Source: an uncultured virus (IMG/VR IMGVR_UViG_3300020046_005824)
Taxonomy: Duplodnaviria > Heunggongvirae > Uroviricota > Caudoviricetes
DNA: 64,000 bases
Virus record (IMG/VR): IMGVR_UViG_3300020046_005824
Direction: 5' to 3' (one strand)
This document shows positions 54,185-63,824 of this stretch, piece after piece. Every line of letters begins with the position of its first letter. Within the stretch, counting starts at the first letter, position 1. The position numbers were made by a program, and so were the translations under genes. Below the pieces are notes generated by a model, which worked only from the letters and a program-made list of their open reading frames with translations, did no database searches and was not told the origin of the DNA.

Positions 54185-55740
54185 CAGTCCCTCGCGATTT
54201 CGCCGAACAGATCAACTATCTTCTCGTGCACGGCGATGTTTTGCCTGAGAAGCTTGTACATCTTGGCCTCAGCGGGCGAAGACGACAAGTGAAAGATTGT
54301 GACTGGGTTCTTTTGTCCGATCCGGTGCGGCCTGTCGTTGGCCTGCTTATATAGTTCTACTGACGCCGGAGGTCCCCACCAGACCACTGTATCTGCGGCG
54401 GTGAGTGTAACACCGTGCGCGGCCGCCGCGGGCTGAATGACCAACCCCCGCAGTGGGGAATGCTCGATCTGGAAAGCATTGAACAGCGTGCTGCGCACGT
54501 TCATTGGCGTGTCCCCGGTGATCGTTGCGGTCTCAATGTGGAGCTCCCGCAGCATGCGGTGAAGCATGGCAATCGGTGCGCGGTAGTTGGCGAAGATGAT
54601 GAACTTGCGCGTTGTCCCCGTCACGATGTCTACGAGGTCATTGAACCGGTCTTTGCACTCGACTTCGAGGACGCCGCCGTCGCTGGTCTTCACTGCACCC
54701 GAGCTGATCTGCAGAAGCTTGTTGAGCATGGCTCCGGCGTTCGCGGCCGTGAGTTTGTCCCCGCTACCGAGGGCTATAAGCGCTTCCTTGCGGAGCTGCT
54801 CATAGACCTTCTTCTGCTCCACGCCCATCTCCGTTGCACGGTCAACGTACATCTGTTCCGGGAGGTCGAGGCAGTCCTCTTTGCGGAAACGGATCGATGG
54901 CTTGAGTATCTCCGCCACGCGCTGCGGGGCGTCGGGTTTCGCGCGCCACTTGAACTGTGTGATCTGGGTCATCACAGCGGCCTGCCACGTAGAGAAGTAG
55001 GCCGGGCACTGCGGGTTGTCCAACAGCTTCGCGAGCCCATAGGCATCTTCTGGCGACTGGCTCGCCGGGGTGCCGGTCATGAGGACAAGCCGCGTGTCTT
55101 TCGTGAGCAGCCGCCGCAGTACCTTCGAGCGGTCGCTGCGGAAGTTCTTGAACGCATTCGCTTCGTCCGCCACGATCATGTCGAACTTGCCTTTGAGATG
55201 GGACTCCATGAGCTTGATGCCGTCGAAGTTCATGACGACAAACTCGCTCTCGGCGTCGATCGCCGCTATACGCTTGTCCTTTGTACCATGCGCAACCGTG
55301 ATCCGCCGGTGTGGGGCGAAGTTGTTCATGTCTGCGCACCACGCTACACGCATCACACTGAGCGGGCACAAAATCAACACTCGCCGAACGGCGCCGCGCG
55401 ATAGCAGGTAGTCGCACGCAGCGATGGCGCTCAACGTTTTTCCTGTTCCTTGCGCGGACCACACGCCGCAGCGGCGGTGTACCGAAATGAACTCCGCGGT
55501 GCGAATTTGGTGGGCGAACGGCTGGACATGCCATTTGTGGGTATGTCGAAGAGGGGAAGGTGGATCGAAGCCCGCCAGCGCGAGTTTCTGGGCGTTCGCC
55601 AGTGTCCAGTGGACGCCGAGGCGCCCGTCCGGCAGTTGCGTCGTGTTGTCGAGGAGGGACTCGAGCTGGTCAGTCCACGTGGATACCGCGAGCGCGGCCG
55701 GCGTCAGAATTTCGATTCGGTGATCATGCGCGAGGGACAT
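54184..55740 (-). CDS. SNF2-family (SF2) helicase
   Basis: QGTGKT, VADEA, MTGTP, QANDRPHRIGQ. Confidence 0.9.
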   Translation of the reverse strand: MSLAHDHRIEILTPAALAVSTWTDQLESLLDNTTQLPDGRLGVHWTLANAQKLALAGFDPPSPLRHTHKWHVQPFAHQIRTAEFISVHRRCGVWSAQGTGKTLSAIAACDYLLSRGAVRRVLILCPLSVMRVAWCADMNNFAPHRRITVAHGTKDKRIAAIDAESEFVVMNFDGIKLMESHLKGKFDMIVADEANAFKNFRSDRSKVLRRLLTKDTRLVLMTGTPASQSPEDAYGLAKLLDNPQCPAYFSTWQAAVMTQITQFKWRAKPDAPQRVAEILKPSIRFRKEDCLDLPEQMYVDRATEMGVEQKKVYEQLRKEALIALGSGDKLTAANAGAMLNKLLQISSGAVKTSDGGVLEVECKDRFNDLVDIVTGTTRKFIIFANYRAPIAMLHRMLRELHIETATITGDTPMNVRSTLFNAFQIEHSPLRGLVIQPAAAAHGVTLTAADTVVWWGPPASVELYKQANDRPHRIGQKNPVTIFHLSSSPAEAKMYKLLRQNIAVHEKIVDLFGEIARD

Positions 55741-55797
55741 TAGAAGCTGTAGAAATCTAGAAGACAGACCTCTACTATAACAGCCCCCGAGGAAAAA

Positions 55798-56022
55798 TCA
55801 AGGCTTTAGCGCGCGCTTCCGAAGTTTATTTTTTATCCCCGGCATGCTCGTCTTGGGCTGGCTGGTCAGGTGCCATTTGTGGCATATCATGCAATGGTAT
55901 GGTGTGAGCCCAAGCCGCGCGCCGGCGTCGCGTGCGGCGGTCTTCTTTTCGTACGGGCGCTTGTCGAAGCACGCGCGCTGCAGATCGGGGAGTTTGAATC
56001 CCGTATTGATCTCATGCTTCAT
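55798..56022 (-). CDS. Small Zn-binding hypothetical protein
   Basis: C..K..Y...YHCMICHKWHLTS. Confidence 0.7.
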   Translation of the reverse strand: MKHEINTGFKLPDLQRACFDKRPYEKKTAARDAGARLGLTPYHCMICHKWHLTSQPKTSMPGIKNKLRKRALKP

Positions 56023-56318
56023 CGTTTGGCGCGTTCTCGCTTGGACACCTCGCTCTTGACGCCGTGGTTTGAGTCGCGGGCGAACGATCGGTTCGCACTG
56101 GGCGACTGCAGCTTGAGGTTGCTCGGCGCGTTCGAGCCGCCTTTGGACAGAGCCTTCACATGGGCGATGTCTTTGCCCGTGCGGTCGACGCCCTTCTTGT
56201 CCAGCGCGTACCGCGCCCGGGCGCGCGCGAGGCGGTTCTCACGTTCGTCCTTTCCCCGGGCGAGCTGGGTTTGATAGTCCCGCTTGTAGTTACGATCTTT
56301 AGGGTCTTTGTACGGCAT
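56019..56318 (-). CDS. HNH endonuclease-like protein
   Basis: DIAHVKALSKGGSN...NL...NRS. Confidence 0.8.
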   Translation of the reverse strand: MPYKDPKDRNYKRDYQTQLARGKDERENRLARARARYALDKKGVDRTGKDIAHVKALSKGGSNAPSNLKLQSPSANRSFARDSNHGVKSEVSKRERAKR

Positions 56319-56487
56319 TCTGGGGCTCCATCGAAGTTTGGGGCGACGCTGGTACGGTGTAGCGCTTCTCCAATGTGGCGAGAAGATTTTCAGCCTCCCA
56401 GCGCGGGATGGCGAAGACGATGTGCTCGGTTGGCGCTACGCGCAGCTCGGTCCGCAGGCGCTCGCAGAAAGACGGGATCGACATCAT
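56299..56487 (-). CDS. Small hypothetical protein
   Basis: ATGA coupling. Confidence 0.5.
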   Translation of the reverse strand: MMSIPSFCERLRTELRVAPTEHIVFAIPRWEAENLLATLEKRYTVPASPQTSMEPQNAVQRP

Positions 56488-57155
56488 TTCCGGTTCAGTT
56501 TCCACGAAGGGTGCTCGACGCAGTGGCGCACCGGGCAAAACTTGCACAGCCCCGAGGGGTTCGTCGGCCAGCTGTTGAAATCCTTGGCCCGACGAATTTT
56601 ATCGAGCTTGGCGATCCATTTCAACCACAAATCCGCAGCCTGTGCGCGCGTAACTGTGTTCTGGTGGGTGACGTCTTCCTTGACGAAGAGGAGCATACCG
56701 GTGACGGTGTGGACCTCGGGGAAATGGCAGAAGGTGAGGAGAGCGTAGAGCTCGAGCTGCGACAGGTCCGCATAACGCGCTTTCCCTGTTTTGAAATCCG
56801 CCACCAGTGCGCGATCGCCGCTCACAAGAAGGAAATCCGCGAAGCCCTTGCACCATACATCGCTGGCGTCGGATGCGCAGGGTGAGTAGTCCATGCGGAT
56901 GGACAGATCGTACTCACTGTGGTGGGCGCCAGAGAGTTTCGTCAGCGACGCCACGACCGGCGCAACGTAGCTGAACTCGGGCGGTATCGGAGCGCCGTCC
57001 TTGATGTGGGCTTCGATCGACTCATGCACCAACGTGCCGTAGGCCGCGGCCTCATGGGTTTCGCCGACTACGCTGCGGGCGATGCGCTCTTCGTAGTAGC
57101 GGCGTGCGCAGTTATCAAAGGACTTAAGGGCTGAGAAAGACCAGTGTTGTGACAT
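56484..57155 (-). CDS. PD-(D/E)XK exonuclease (Cas4/RecB-like)
   Basis: WSFS..C, GTLVH, ADFKTGK, QLELYA, LCKFCP..C; TGATG coupling to polymerase. Confidence 0.85.
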   Translation of the reverse strand: MSQHWSFSALKSFDNCARRYYEERIARSVVGETHEAAAYGTLVHESIEAHIKDGAPIPPEFSYVAPVVASLTKLSGAHHSEYDLSIRMDYSPCASDASDVWCKGFADFLLVSGDRALVADFKTGKARYADLSQLELYALLTFCHFPEVHTVTGMLLFVKEDVTHQNTVTRAQAADLWLKWIAKLDKIRRAKDFNSWPTNPSGLCKFCPVRHCVEHPSWKLNRK

Positions 57156-59089
57156 CAAGCGTCCCCGTAATTGGGTCCAAATCCGACTTCGCATGATACT
57201 GGAAGATCGGCGGCCCAAGAAGGGGGAGTTGACATGATTTTGCGGGTCTTGCGCGTGGTCTCGGCAGCGGCGACCTCGGGCACAACGGCGACGATTTCGT
57301 CGTGCGTCAGTGTCACGATCGGGGCCAATCGCTCAACGCGAATCGCCTGATGCCCAACGATGTCGCGCGCAATCGCTTGCACGATATTCTCACACAGCAG
57401 GCCGGGGTGGACACGGACAAGAAACTCTGTGCGCCCCTTGCGGCGCTTGTAGACGAACACCGTCCGCCCGGTGGTTTCGTCCTGCGTCGCGTGCAGCCCT
57501 TGGTAGTAGAGGTAGCGGCCGGATGGGAGGCGGATACGCTTTTCCTCATGGTCAGCGAACAGGCAGTTGTTGCGGCCGAACGAAAAACTCTGCCCCGTCG
57601 TGAGCCCTTCGAGAATGCGCCGGCAGATCGCCCATCCATTTGCGATCGCGGCGAAGCGCAGCCGATATGCTTGAATCACCAGCGCCGCCTCTTCGTCCGT
57701 GATGAACATGCCAGTATTCACGCGGACAACTTCTTGGAACCGCCGCGAACCGAGCATAAATCCTGCAGCAAGGACTGCTTCCTTTCCTACAGCTCGTTGC
57801 TGTTTGGTGATGTGCGCGGGTGGAACATGATACACCGAGTCAGCCGCAAACTCGCGGTACAGGTCGAACATCTTCTTGATGTTCTCAAGCTCTTCAGCTG
57901 TCGCGTCGCGCTCCCACGCTTTGGCCATGAGCTCGCGCTCGCGCCGCCACGTATCGAGAAGATCGTCTTGCTCCCACAACCATGCGTTGACGCGCAGCTC
58001 GATCTGCGACGAGTCACCAGACATGACCACGTACCCCGGCGGAGCGCGCATCGCGCGCTTGAGGACTGGCGCCCGCTTACGCGCAGACAGGTTCTGCATG
58101 TTGATCTTCATCGTGCCGCCCCATCTCGCCGTGTGGGCAGCGGAGTAGCGCAGCGGGACCGGAAGCACGCCACCAGTGAGGCCGTGCAGGTCGATCAATC
58201 GTTTGGTGCGCGTGTGCTCGATGGTGGACTTGATGCCCAAGCGCGCCGCGGCGAGGTCAGCTACATTGTCGTCCTCGGAGTCGACGAGCGCTTGAAACCC
58301 GGCGTCTGATTTTGCAAAAGCGAACGTAGGTTTGCCCGTACGCGCGCTGATCTTCATGGGCACTTCGGCGCCGACAGCCTCAAGCGCGATCGCGAACTTC
58401 GGGTTCGACTGCAGCTCCGACTCGCTCATGCCTACGCGGTCGAGGAGCGCCTGACGATCATCAGTGAGCCGCTCAAGGTAATCCTGAAGCATGGGCTTGT
58501 CGAGCTGCAGCAAGGGGCGCGCCAACATTCGCGTAGTGAGGTCCATGAGCCCCCACTCCATTGCCGGAACTTGGTCTTGCATGCGCAGAAACAGCGCGTA
58601 CGTCAGGTCCACATCGTTGTCGCAGTATTGCCCGTATCGTGCCAGTTCTCCCGGCGAGAAGTCGGCGCGGCGCTTGCCGACGGCGTTCAGAACCTCCGTC
58701 CCCTTGGCGCCGATACCGAAGAAGCCCGACAGCTTGGCCAGCGAGCCTCCTGCGAGGTCGGCGTAGCCGAGGAGCCGAGCGATCTGCAGCGTGCAGACGA
58801 ACTGCTTGGGGAGTACGCCCAGCCGCGAGAGGATCAGCGCGTCGAACTCGGAGCCGTTGTGCATGACGCATACAGCGTCTTGTACCCCGGCGCGTGTGAG
58901 GACGTCACGGTAGAAGTCGAACCCGACCCCGCTATGCCATTGGGAATCACCGCCGTTGCGCTTGATGCTGACGCCGATGATCTCGAACCGGGTGTCGTAG
59001 ACGTATTCGATACCTGTCATCTTGGACAGGGTGTATCCGCTCGCTGGGTCGTAGTACGTTTCGAAGTCGATAGTGAGAACGTCGGTCAT
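57155..59089 (-). CDS. polA: DNA polymerase, family A, with 3'-5' exonuclease
   Basis: IDFET, HN..FD, YC..D; motif A DSSQIELR, motif B RAVGKEAVL, motif C THDEI. Confidence 0.92.
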   Translation of the reverse strand: MTDVLTIDFETYYDPASGYTLSKMTGIEYVYDTRFEIIGVSIKRNGGDSQWHSGVGFDFYRDVLTRAGVQDAVCVMHNGSEFDALILSRLGVLPKQFVCTLQIARLLGYADLAGGSLAKLSGFFGIGAKGTEVLNAVGKRRADFSPGELARYGQYCDNDVDLTYALFLRMQDQVPAMEWGLMDLTTRMLARPLLQLDKPMLQDYLERLTDDRQALLDRVGMSESELQSNPKFAIALEAVGAEVPMKISARTGKPTFAFAKSDAGFQALVDSEDDNVADLAAARLGIKSTIEHTRTKRLIDLHGLTGGVLPVPLRYSAAHTARWGGTMKINMQNLSARKRAPVLKRAMRAPPGYVVMSGDSSQIELRVNAWLWEQDDLLDTWRRERELMAKAWERDATAEELENIKKMFDLYREFAADSVYHVPPAHITKQQRAVGKEAVLAAGFMLGSRRFQEVVRVNTGMFITDEEAALVIQAYRLRFAAIANGWAICRRILEGLTTGQSFSFGRNNCLFADHEEKRIRLPSGRYLYYQGLHATQDETTGRTVFVYKRRKGRTEFLVRVHPGLLCENIVQAIARDIVGHQAIRVERLAPIVTLTHDEIVAVVPEVAAAETTRKTRKIMSTPPSWAADLPVSCEVGFGPNYGDA

Positions 59090-59328
59090 CTGTCAGGTTT
59101 CGGGCAGTGGGGTGGCGGAACAACGACGCACCAGACAGCGGCGAGAGGGCCGCGCTGGTGCCGTACCCAGCGATCAATGTACGCATCGGGCATGCCGGTG
59201 AGTGTACGCCGCAGCGACCGGTGCTCGGCGCCGGCGATTCCTACGCGGGAAGCGATCTCGCTCGCGGTAAGTCCGTCCGGAAACCTCTGGAGCAACTCGC
59301 GAATTTTGGATTGGTTGGAAGGGCGCAC
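59086..59328 (-). CDS. Small winged-helix-like protein
   Basis: DGLTASEIA...MPDAYIDRW...PP.CPKP. Confidence 0.65.
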   Translation of the reverse strand: MRPSNQSKIRELLQRFPDGLTASEIASRVGIAGAEHRSLRRTLTGMPDAYIDRWVRHQRGPLAAVWCVVVPPPHCPKPDR

Positions 59329-59528
59329 TACTGTTTCTTTTGGGGTTTGCGTCGGCGCGCGGCCGTCGCTCGGCGGTTCACACGGACGGCTATGCCGATG
59401 GGTTTTTTGTTGCTGGATACGAGAACCATGTCGTGCACGAGCCCGCAGTCACAACAGGCGATGCGCGTGATCTCGCCGGATGGAATCGCCCAGCTGTCGC
59501 CGTCCGTCCGTTGAATATACCGCGTCAT
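59328..59528 (-). CDS. Small Cys-rich hypothetical protein
   Basis: ACCDCGLVH; AGGAGG RBS. Confidence 0.7.
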   Translation of the reverse strand: MTRYIQRTDGDSWAIPSGEITRIACCDCGLVHDMVLVSSNKKPIGIAVRVNRRATAARRRKPQKKQ

Positions 59529-59848
59529 GTCGCCTCCTGATTTGTGCCCAGCAGTTCTCGGCGGATGGCGCTGGCGCACTTCTCCAATGTGCCTGCGTGA
59601 CTGAGATATTCCATGCGAAGTGTCGGCGTCAGTCTCGGGTCACCGGAATCCTCGACAATGCCCCTCTGAGCCGTTTCGCACATCACAGCCGCAGCCTCAG
59701 CCCCATCGCGGAAAGCGCGGCGGTAGATGGCTACTGCGTCGGCAGAATTGAAGAAGTCAGTCTTGACAATTGCACCCTCGTGGGTGAACTGATTCGGCTG
59801 GCGCACAGCTTCCCGGATCAGCGCCAGAATCTCAGCGTCGGTTTTCAT
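59525..59848 (-). CDS. Hypothetical protein
   Basis: AAGGA RBS; coupling. Confidence 0.65.
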   Translation of the reverse strand: MKTDAEILALIREAVRQPNQFTHEGAIVKTDFFNSADAVAIYRRAFRDGAEAAAVMCETAQRGIVEDSGDPRLTPTLRMEYLSHAGTLEKCASAIRRELLGTNQEAT

Positions 59849-59888
59849 CGTGTGTCCTTTCTAGGGTCAATCCTTGGAACGCGGGCGT

Positions 59889-60260
59889 TCATTCTTTCTC
59901 AGCTATTTCGTAGTCGCAGCAGTGCGCTCTGGCAACGATGCCGCCGGTGTGTACGTGGTGACCTGCAAGGCTATGTGCGCTCGGGAGGCCAAGCGCAATC
60001 GCTTTCTGTTCGCATTTGGCGCACAGAATGGAGTCAACTGGCGGGGCTTCCATGAACGTGAATTTGTCCGTCCCTGTTGAGCCGTTACCACACAGAAAGT
60101 GGACCGCCATGTGAGGGTGTTTGTGTAGTCGATACACATCAACGCTGCTCGGTCGGTGGATAAGTAATGCCCGTTTGTTTTGAACAAAAGGTAGTGCAGA
60201 CTGCCATTGCAAAAATGGCTTGTAGCCCTTTACATCGGTCTTGCTGAGAGCTAGCTTCAC
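59889..60260 (-). CDS. Hypothetical Cys/His-containing protein
   Basis: GTG start overlapping upstream stop. Confidence 0.6.
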   Translation of the reverse strand: MKLALSKTDVKGYKPFLQWQSALPFVQNKRALLIHRPSSVDVYRLHKHPHMAVHFLCGNGSTGTDKFTFMEAPPVDSILCAKCEQKAIALGLPSAHSLAGHHVHTGGIVARAHCCDYEIAEKE

Positions 60261-60604
60261 ATCGCCCTCCCCACAGCAGCAGCCAGCTTGACGGAGGCGT
60301 AGCGTCGTGCGCGGCTCTTGTCGTTGGCGTGGTCGGTGTAGTCGCCTATTGCCCATTTGCGAACTTCCGTTTGGAAATTCTTTCCAATCATGGTTGTGCT
60401 CGCAACTAGGTGATCCCGACCGCGCTCAATGTTGATCCCAACAACATCCTCCATGCGCGCACAGTCGCCGTCGTCTTCGGCTGGGTTCCAATACAGTTCG
60501 TTTGCCGTGTGCAGCCCGCCTCCAGCAACCCTTCTTCCTTGCGGATTGCCAGCCGCCTTAGCCGCCATTTCCAGGTCTTCGCGTGTGATTGGGTCAGTCG
60601 TCAT
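60257..60604 (-). CDS. Conserved hypothetical phage protein (LEMAAKAAG...WNP..DDGD)
   Basis: Motif; GGAG RBS. Confidence 0.7.
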   Translation of the reverse strand: MTTDPITREDLEMAAKAAGNPQGRRVAGGGLHTANELYWNPAEDDGDCARMEDVVGINIERGRDHLVASTTMIGKNFQTEVRKWAIGDYTDHANDKSRARRYASVKLAAAVGRAM

Positions 60605-60845
60605 AGCGCACTCCGGTTGCTTCCATGTGGTCGAATTCGGAGTACCAAGCCTCATTGAATGAAAACCAATATCCGACGCTTTCCAGTTGAGTGGTCCACC
60701 ACTTGATATCGACCACGGCAAATTTAGGTTTCGCGCCGCGTCGGTTGTATTTGTGCTTGCTCGCCACCAGCACAGCGAACACTCCCGGCACTCCAGCATC
60801 CCGCAGCTTTGTCGCCAGCGCGTCTTGTTGCTTGGTGAGGGTCAC
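60594..60845 (-). CDS. Hypothetical protein
   Basis: GTGA coupling. Confidence 0.6.
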   Translation of the reverse strand: MTLTKQQDALATKLRDAGVPGVFAVLVASKHKYNRRGAKPKFAVVDIKWWTTQLESVGYWFSFNEAWYSEFDHMEATGVRYDD

Positions 60846-61183
60846 TTCACCACCTCCACAGCAGGAACACCGTTGGTTATGGTGTGCTTGACGATGTAGT
60901 CACCCTCGTCATCGGCAAATTTGCGGGCTTCTTCCAGTGTTGATCTGTCAAGAATATGGCAACCATAGCAGTCGTGAACGTGATACACCACCGTCACCAC
61001 TGGCGGCAGGGGGACGCGGAAATTAAGTTGGCAAACATCGACGACTTTCCAAGCCTCCGGCGTGATTACTCGCGACCATTGACAATCTTCCAGCCACTCC
61101 ACCACCGGCCCGCCCTTGCTCTGAGCAAGCAGCGCAGCGAATGCTTCCTCGGGCGTGAACAGGTATTTGTATTGGTCAGTCAT
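60842..61183 (-). CDS. Hypothetical protein
   Basis: AAGGAG RBS. Confidence 0.65.
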   Translation of the reverse strand: MTDQYKYLFTPEEAFAALLAQSKGGPVVEWLEDCQWSRVITPEAWKVVDVCQLNFRVPLPPVVTVVYHVHDCYGCHILDRSTLEEARKFADDEGDYIVKHTITNGVPAVEVVK

Positions 61184-61571
61184 GGTTCTTCTCCTTTAGC
61201 CTACGTGATGTTTCGGCAATCAGATCTTCTGGAAAGTTGTACCAGTCAACCGCGTCCAAAACTTCGATGTTTTCATCATCAGTCAGCCCCACCCACTCCC
61301 GCTGTGCCAGTGCCATGCGCAGGGCGGTTTCGAGTTCGTCCTCGAACAGCGTCTGCGCGGTAGCATCACACCCCTCGCCATTGGCGTCTTGCAGTCCCGC
61401 CACGTAAGCAGCGTTTGATACTTTCGCTACCAACTCCATCAACCCCGCCACATCCACCTTTGATGCTGCTAGCAGGATGGCTGCGACCTTCTCAAGATCG
61501 TCTTTGGTGAAGCGATAGCGGCCCTCGGAAACGTCTTCCAGCACGACAGCCAGTCTTTCAAGCTCGTTCAT
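61176..61571 (-). CDS. Hypothetical protein with WVGLTD...LKEKN C-terminal module
   Basis: ATGA coupling; motif. Confidence 0.65.
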   Translation of the reverse strand: MNELERLAVVLEDVSEGRYRFTKDDLEKVAAILLAASKVDVAGLMELVAKVSNAAYVAGLQDANGEGCDATAQTLFEDELETALRMALAQREWVGLTDDENIEVLDAVDWYNFPEDLIAETSRRLKEKNHD

Positions 61572-61852
61572 TTCTTGCTCCCTTGCAGGACACTACAAAC
61601 ACCAAACACATCGCCCATGGGAATGTCGTCTGCCCAATGCTTTTCCCGCTGTGGCACCAACTTATTTCCATCAGCTACGCTGCCTTCCACGCATCCACCA
61701 TGCACGCGATGTTGAACACCAGCGGCGTCGCGCACTAAATGGAAATAGAACAGACCAAGCCCTTTTCCGGGAGCGCGCTGCAACTGGCGATTGCAGTGCC
61801 AACAAAACGAGGGGGCGCCAGAACCTTGGCGGGTGAGTGGTGCCTTGCTCAT
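61568..61852 (-). CDS. Hypothetical Cys/His protein (MSKAPLT...)
   Basis: ATGA coupling. Confidence 0.6.
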   Translation of the reverse strand: MSKAPLTRQGSGAPSFCWHCNRQLQRAPGKGLGLFYFHLVRDAAGVQHRVHGGCVEGSVADGNKLVPQREKHWADDIPMGDVFGVCSVLQGSKK

Positions 61853-62232
61853 CCCTTTCTCCCGCCGGCGTCCTCGCGGCCGTCCTTGCATAGCCGCACG
61901 AGGTCCTGTACGTCGAAGTGCGGACCGAAGATGCGCGCGCCTTGGTACTTGAACGCCTCGCGCGTGCGGTGCTCCATGCTGGTCATGCACAGCTTGAACG
62001 CGGTCTGCACGATCTCGCTGTCCGTCATCTGCGGGGACAGCAGCCAGCGACGAGTGGTCTGTAGCTCCTCGCGCCCGGTGTAGATGTCGGCGTCAGGGTA
62101 ATACCCCTGCAAGTAGACCTCGCCGCGCGGGCTCGCGTTCACGCCGAACGTGTAGTTCATGAACGCCACAGGTTGCAGAACTTCCATGCAGCGCGCGACC
62201 AGAGCTTCGCTCGGATTCAAATTGTCGCTCAT
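61849..62232 (-). CDS. Conserved hypothetical phage protein
   Basis: RRWLLS..MTDSEIVQTAF...EH.TRE.F...FGPH; AGGAG RBS. Confidence 0.75.
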   Translation of the reverse strand: MSDNLNPSEALVARCMEVLQPVAFMNYTFGVNASPRGEVYLQGYYPDADIYTGREELQTTRRWLLSPQMTDSEIVQTAFKLCMTSMEHRTREAFKYQGARIFGPHFDVQDLVRLCKDGREDAGGRKG

Positions 62233-62240
62233 ACGATCTC

Positions 62241-62786
62241 CTAACAAGAACAAGAAAAATACTCGGGCTGGCCCTTACCCTCGATGCCGGTGACAACCTT
62301 CACATGGTTCCAGACTTCGTCCGAGATATTGCCGTGGGCGTCCATTCCTCGAATGGTCAGGTACTCTTCTCCATCCCAGTTTTCCGCCGCCTCAATCAGG
62401 CTGTCGTAGTCCGGCGCATCGCCGCTGCCTGCGCAGAACTCGCGCAGCCACGACTCGGACAAGCGGCGAACTTCCGCCGGGTTCACAGACTCCACGGTCG
62501 GCGCGTCGGCGAACGCCGGGTGCGCCCAGTCGTGCCGTAACGACGTGATGGTGCCCGGGTACAGAAACAGGAAAAAGCGCTGGCCACGTTTGACCGCGGC
62601 GCGCAAGAATGGGTCCACGATGCCAACTGTGTCGCCGCCAAGCGCTGCGGACCCATCACCCTTGACGCGCACATGATCTCCGGGGGACAGCTTCTCAGAC
62701 GCAATGACAGGGGCTACAGCAACGTGCACAGCGTCGCGCTGTGCGTCAGCCGTAGCGAGCCTGCCCAACCCTATATCTCCGCTCAT
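62241..62786 (-). CDS. Conserved hypothetical phage protein
   Basis: RDAVHVAV, GIVDPFL, LYPGTITSLRH, ends FSCSC. Confidence 0.75.
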   Translation of the reverse strand: MSGDIGLGRLATADAQRDAVHVAVAPVIASEKLSPGDHVRVKGDGSAALGGDTVGIVDPFLRAAVKRGQRFFLFLYPGTITSLRHDWAHPAFADAPTVESVNPAEVRRLSESWLREFCAGSGDAPDYDSLIEAAENWDGEEYLTIRGMDAHGNISDEVWNHVKVVTGIEGKGQPEYFSCSC

Positions 62787-62829
62787 ACGATCTCCTTGAA
62801 AGGTGCCCCGCCGAAGCGGGGCTGGGTGG

Positions 62830-63633
62830 TTACTTGACGTGGATGAACGGAGTCACACCGCCGGCCTGCGTGGTAGGCAGCTTACCGTCCCATTTCTCGA
62901 TGGCTTGCAACTGGACATACTCTGCGCCGCCCTGCTTGGACACGGATTCGGCCTTGATGCGGATGGCATCGGCTTCCCCTTGCGCTTCGATGCGCTTGCG
63001 GTCAGCTTCGACCATGGCCGTCTTCTTCTTGCCTTCTTCCTCCTGCAGGCGGAATTGCTGTTGGGCCGCGGCTTTGATGTTGGCTTCCAGCGCAGGGTCG
63101 GTAATCATGTTCTTCACATTGGCGCTGCGAATGGAGAACATACCCTTGCCAGCTTCTGCATCAAGGTTTGCTTGCAGCATCTTGACCGTTTCTGCGGCAA
63201 TGCGAACACGCTCGGTGTGGATGGTGCCGCTGCCGATCTTGGACGATACGTCGTACACGACTTCGCGGGCTTGGCGTTGAACATAGTTCATGCCGAGGCG
63301 CAGGCAGCCTTCACCCTTCACTTCACTGATGTCTCCCGGCCACTTGGTGCGCATGGCGGAGGCACGGCTCGGGTCGATCTGCACGTAGATGTCGAGGTCG
63401 AGGTCGGCCAGCGTGATCTTGTCGCTGGTCTGCGGCTTCATGTTCTCCAGCGTGAGCGGGATTTCCTTGGCGCAGATTTCATCCACGTTCTTGAACAACG
63501 TGAAGTAGACGCCCGGCTGCAGCGTCTCGGTCTTGACCTGACCGAAGGTGGACTCGACGCCGACATTGCCGGTATCGATCTGTGTGCAGCCGCCGAGAGC
63601 GGCGAGCGCGAGTGCAATCAGAATTGATTTCAT
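62830..63633 (-). CDS. SPFH/band-7 (prohibitin-like) lipoprotein
   Basis: Lipobox LGGC, GNVGV..FG, AQGEADAI, IEKWDGKLP. Confidence 0.85.
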   Translation of the reverse strand: MKSILIALALAALGGCTQIDTGNVGVESTFGQVKTETLQPGVYFTLFKNVDEICAKEIPLTLENMKPQTSDKITLADLDLDIYVQIDPSRASAMRTKWPGDISEVKGEGCLRLGMNYVQRQAREVVYDVSSKIGSGTIHTERVRIAAETVKMLQANLDAEAGKGMFSIRSANVKNMITDPALEANIKAAAQQQFRLQEEEGKKKTAMVEADRKRIEAQGEADAIRIKAESVSKQGGAEYVQLQAIEKWDGKLPTTQAGGVTPFIHVK

Positions 63634-63824
63634 TACCAGAATCTCCAAGAAGAAGTTGAAAGAACAATGAGCGCGCCGAACACGATCGTGCACGACACTA
63701 TGAGAGCAGCTGCCACGCGGCGCCCCCATTTGCCGACTACACGCTTCTCCCCCCGGGAGAGCGTGTAGCGCCACACAAAGAACGCCCCTGCAAAGAGCAG
63801 GAGCAGTGCAGCGACCTGTCTCAC
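63633..63824 (-). CDS. Small two-TM membrane protein
   Basis: Two hydrophobic segments; TAATG coupling to SPFH gene. Confidence 0.65.
   Translation of the reverse strand: MRQVAALLLLFAGAFFVWRYTLSRGEKRVVGKWGRRVAAALIVSCTIVFGALIVLSTSSWRFW

Noticed and set aside
56484..57155. Cas4-like nuclease as evidence of CRISPR
   Set aside because: Sits in the usual phage replication module beside the polymerase; no array or other cas genes.
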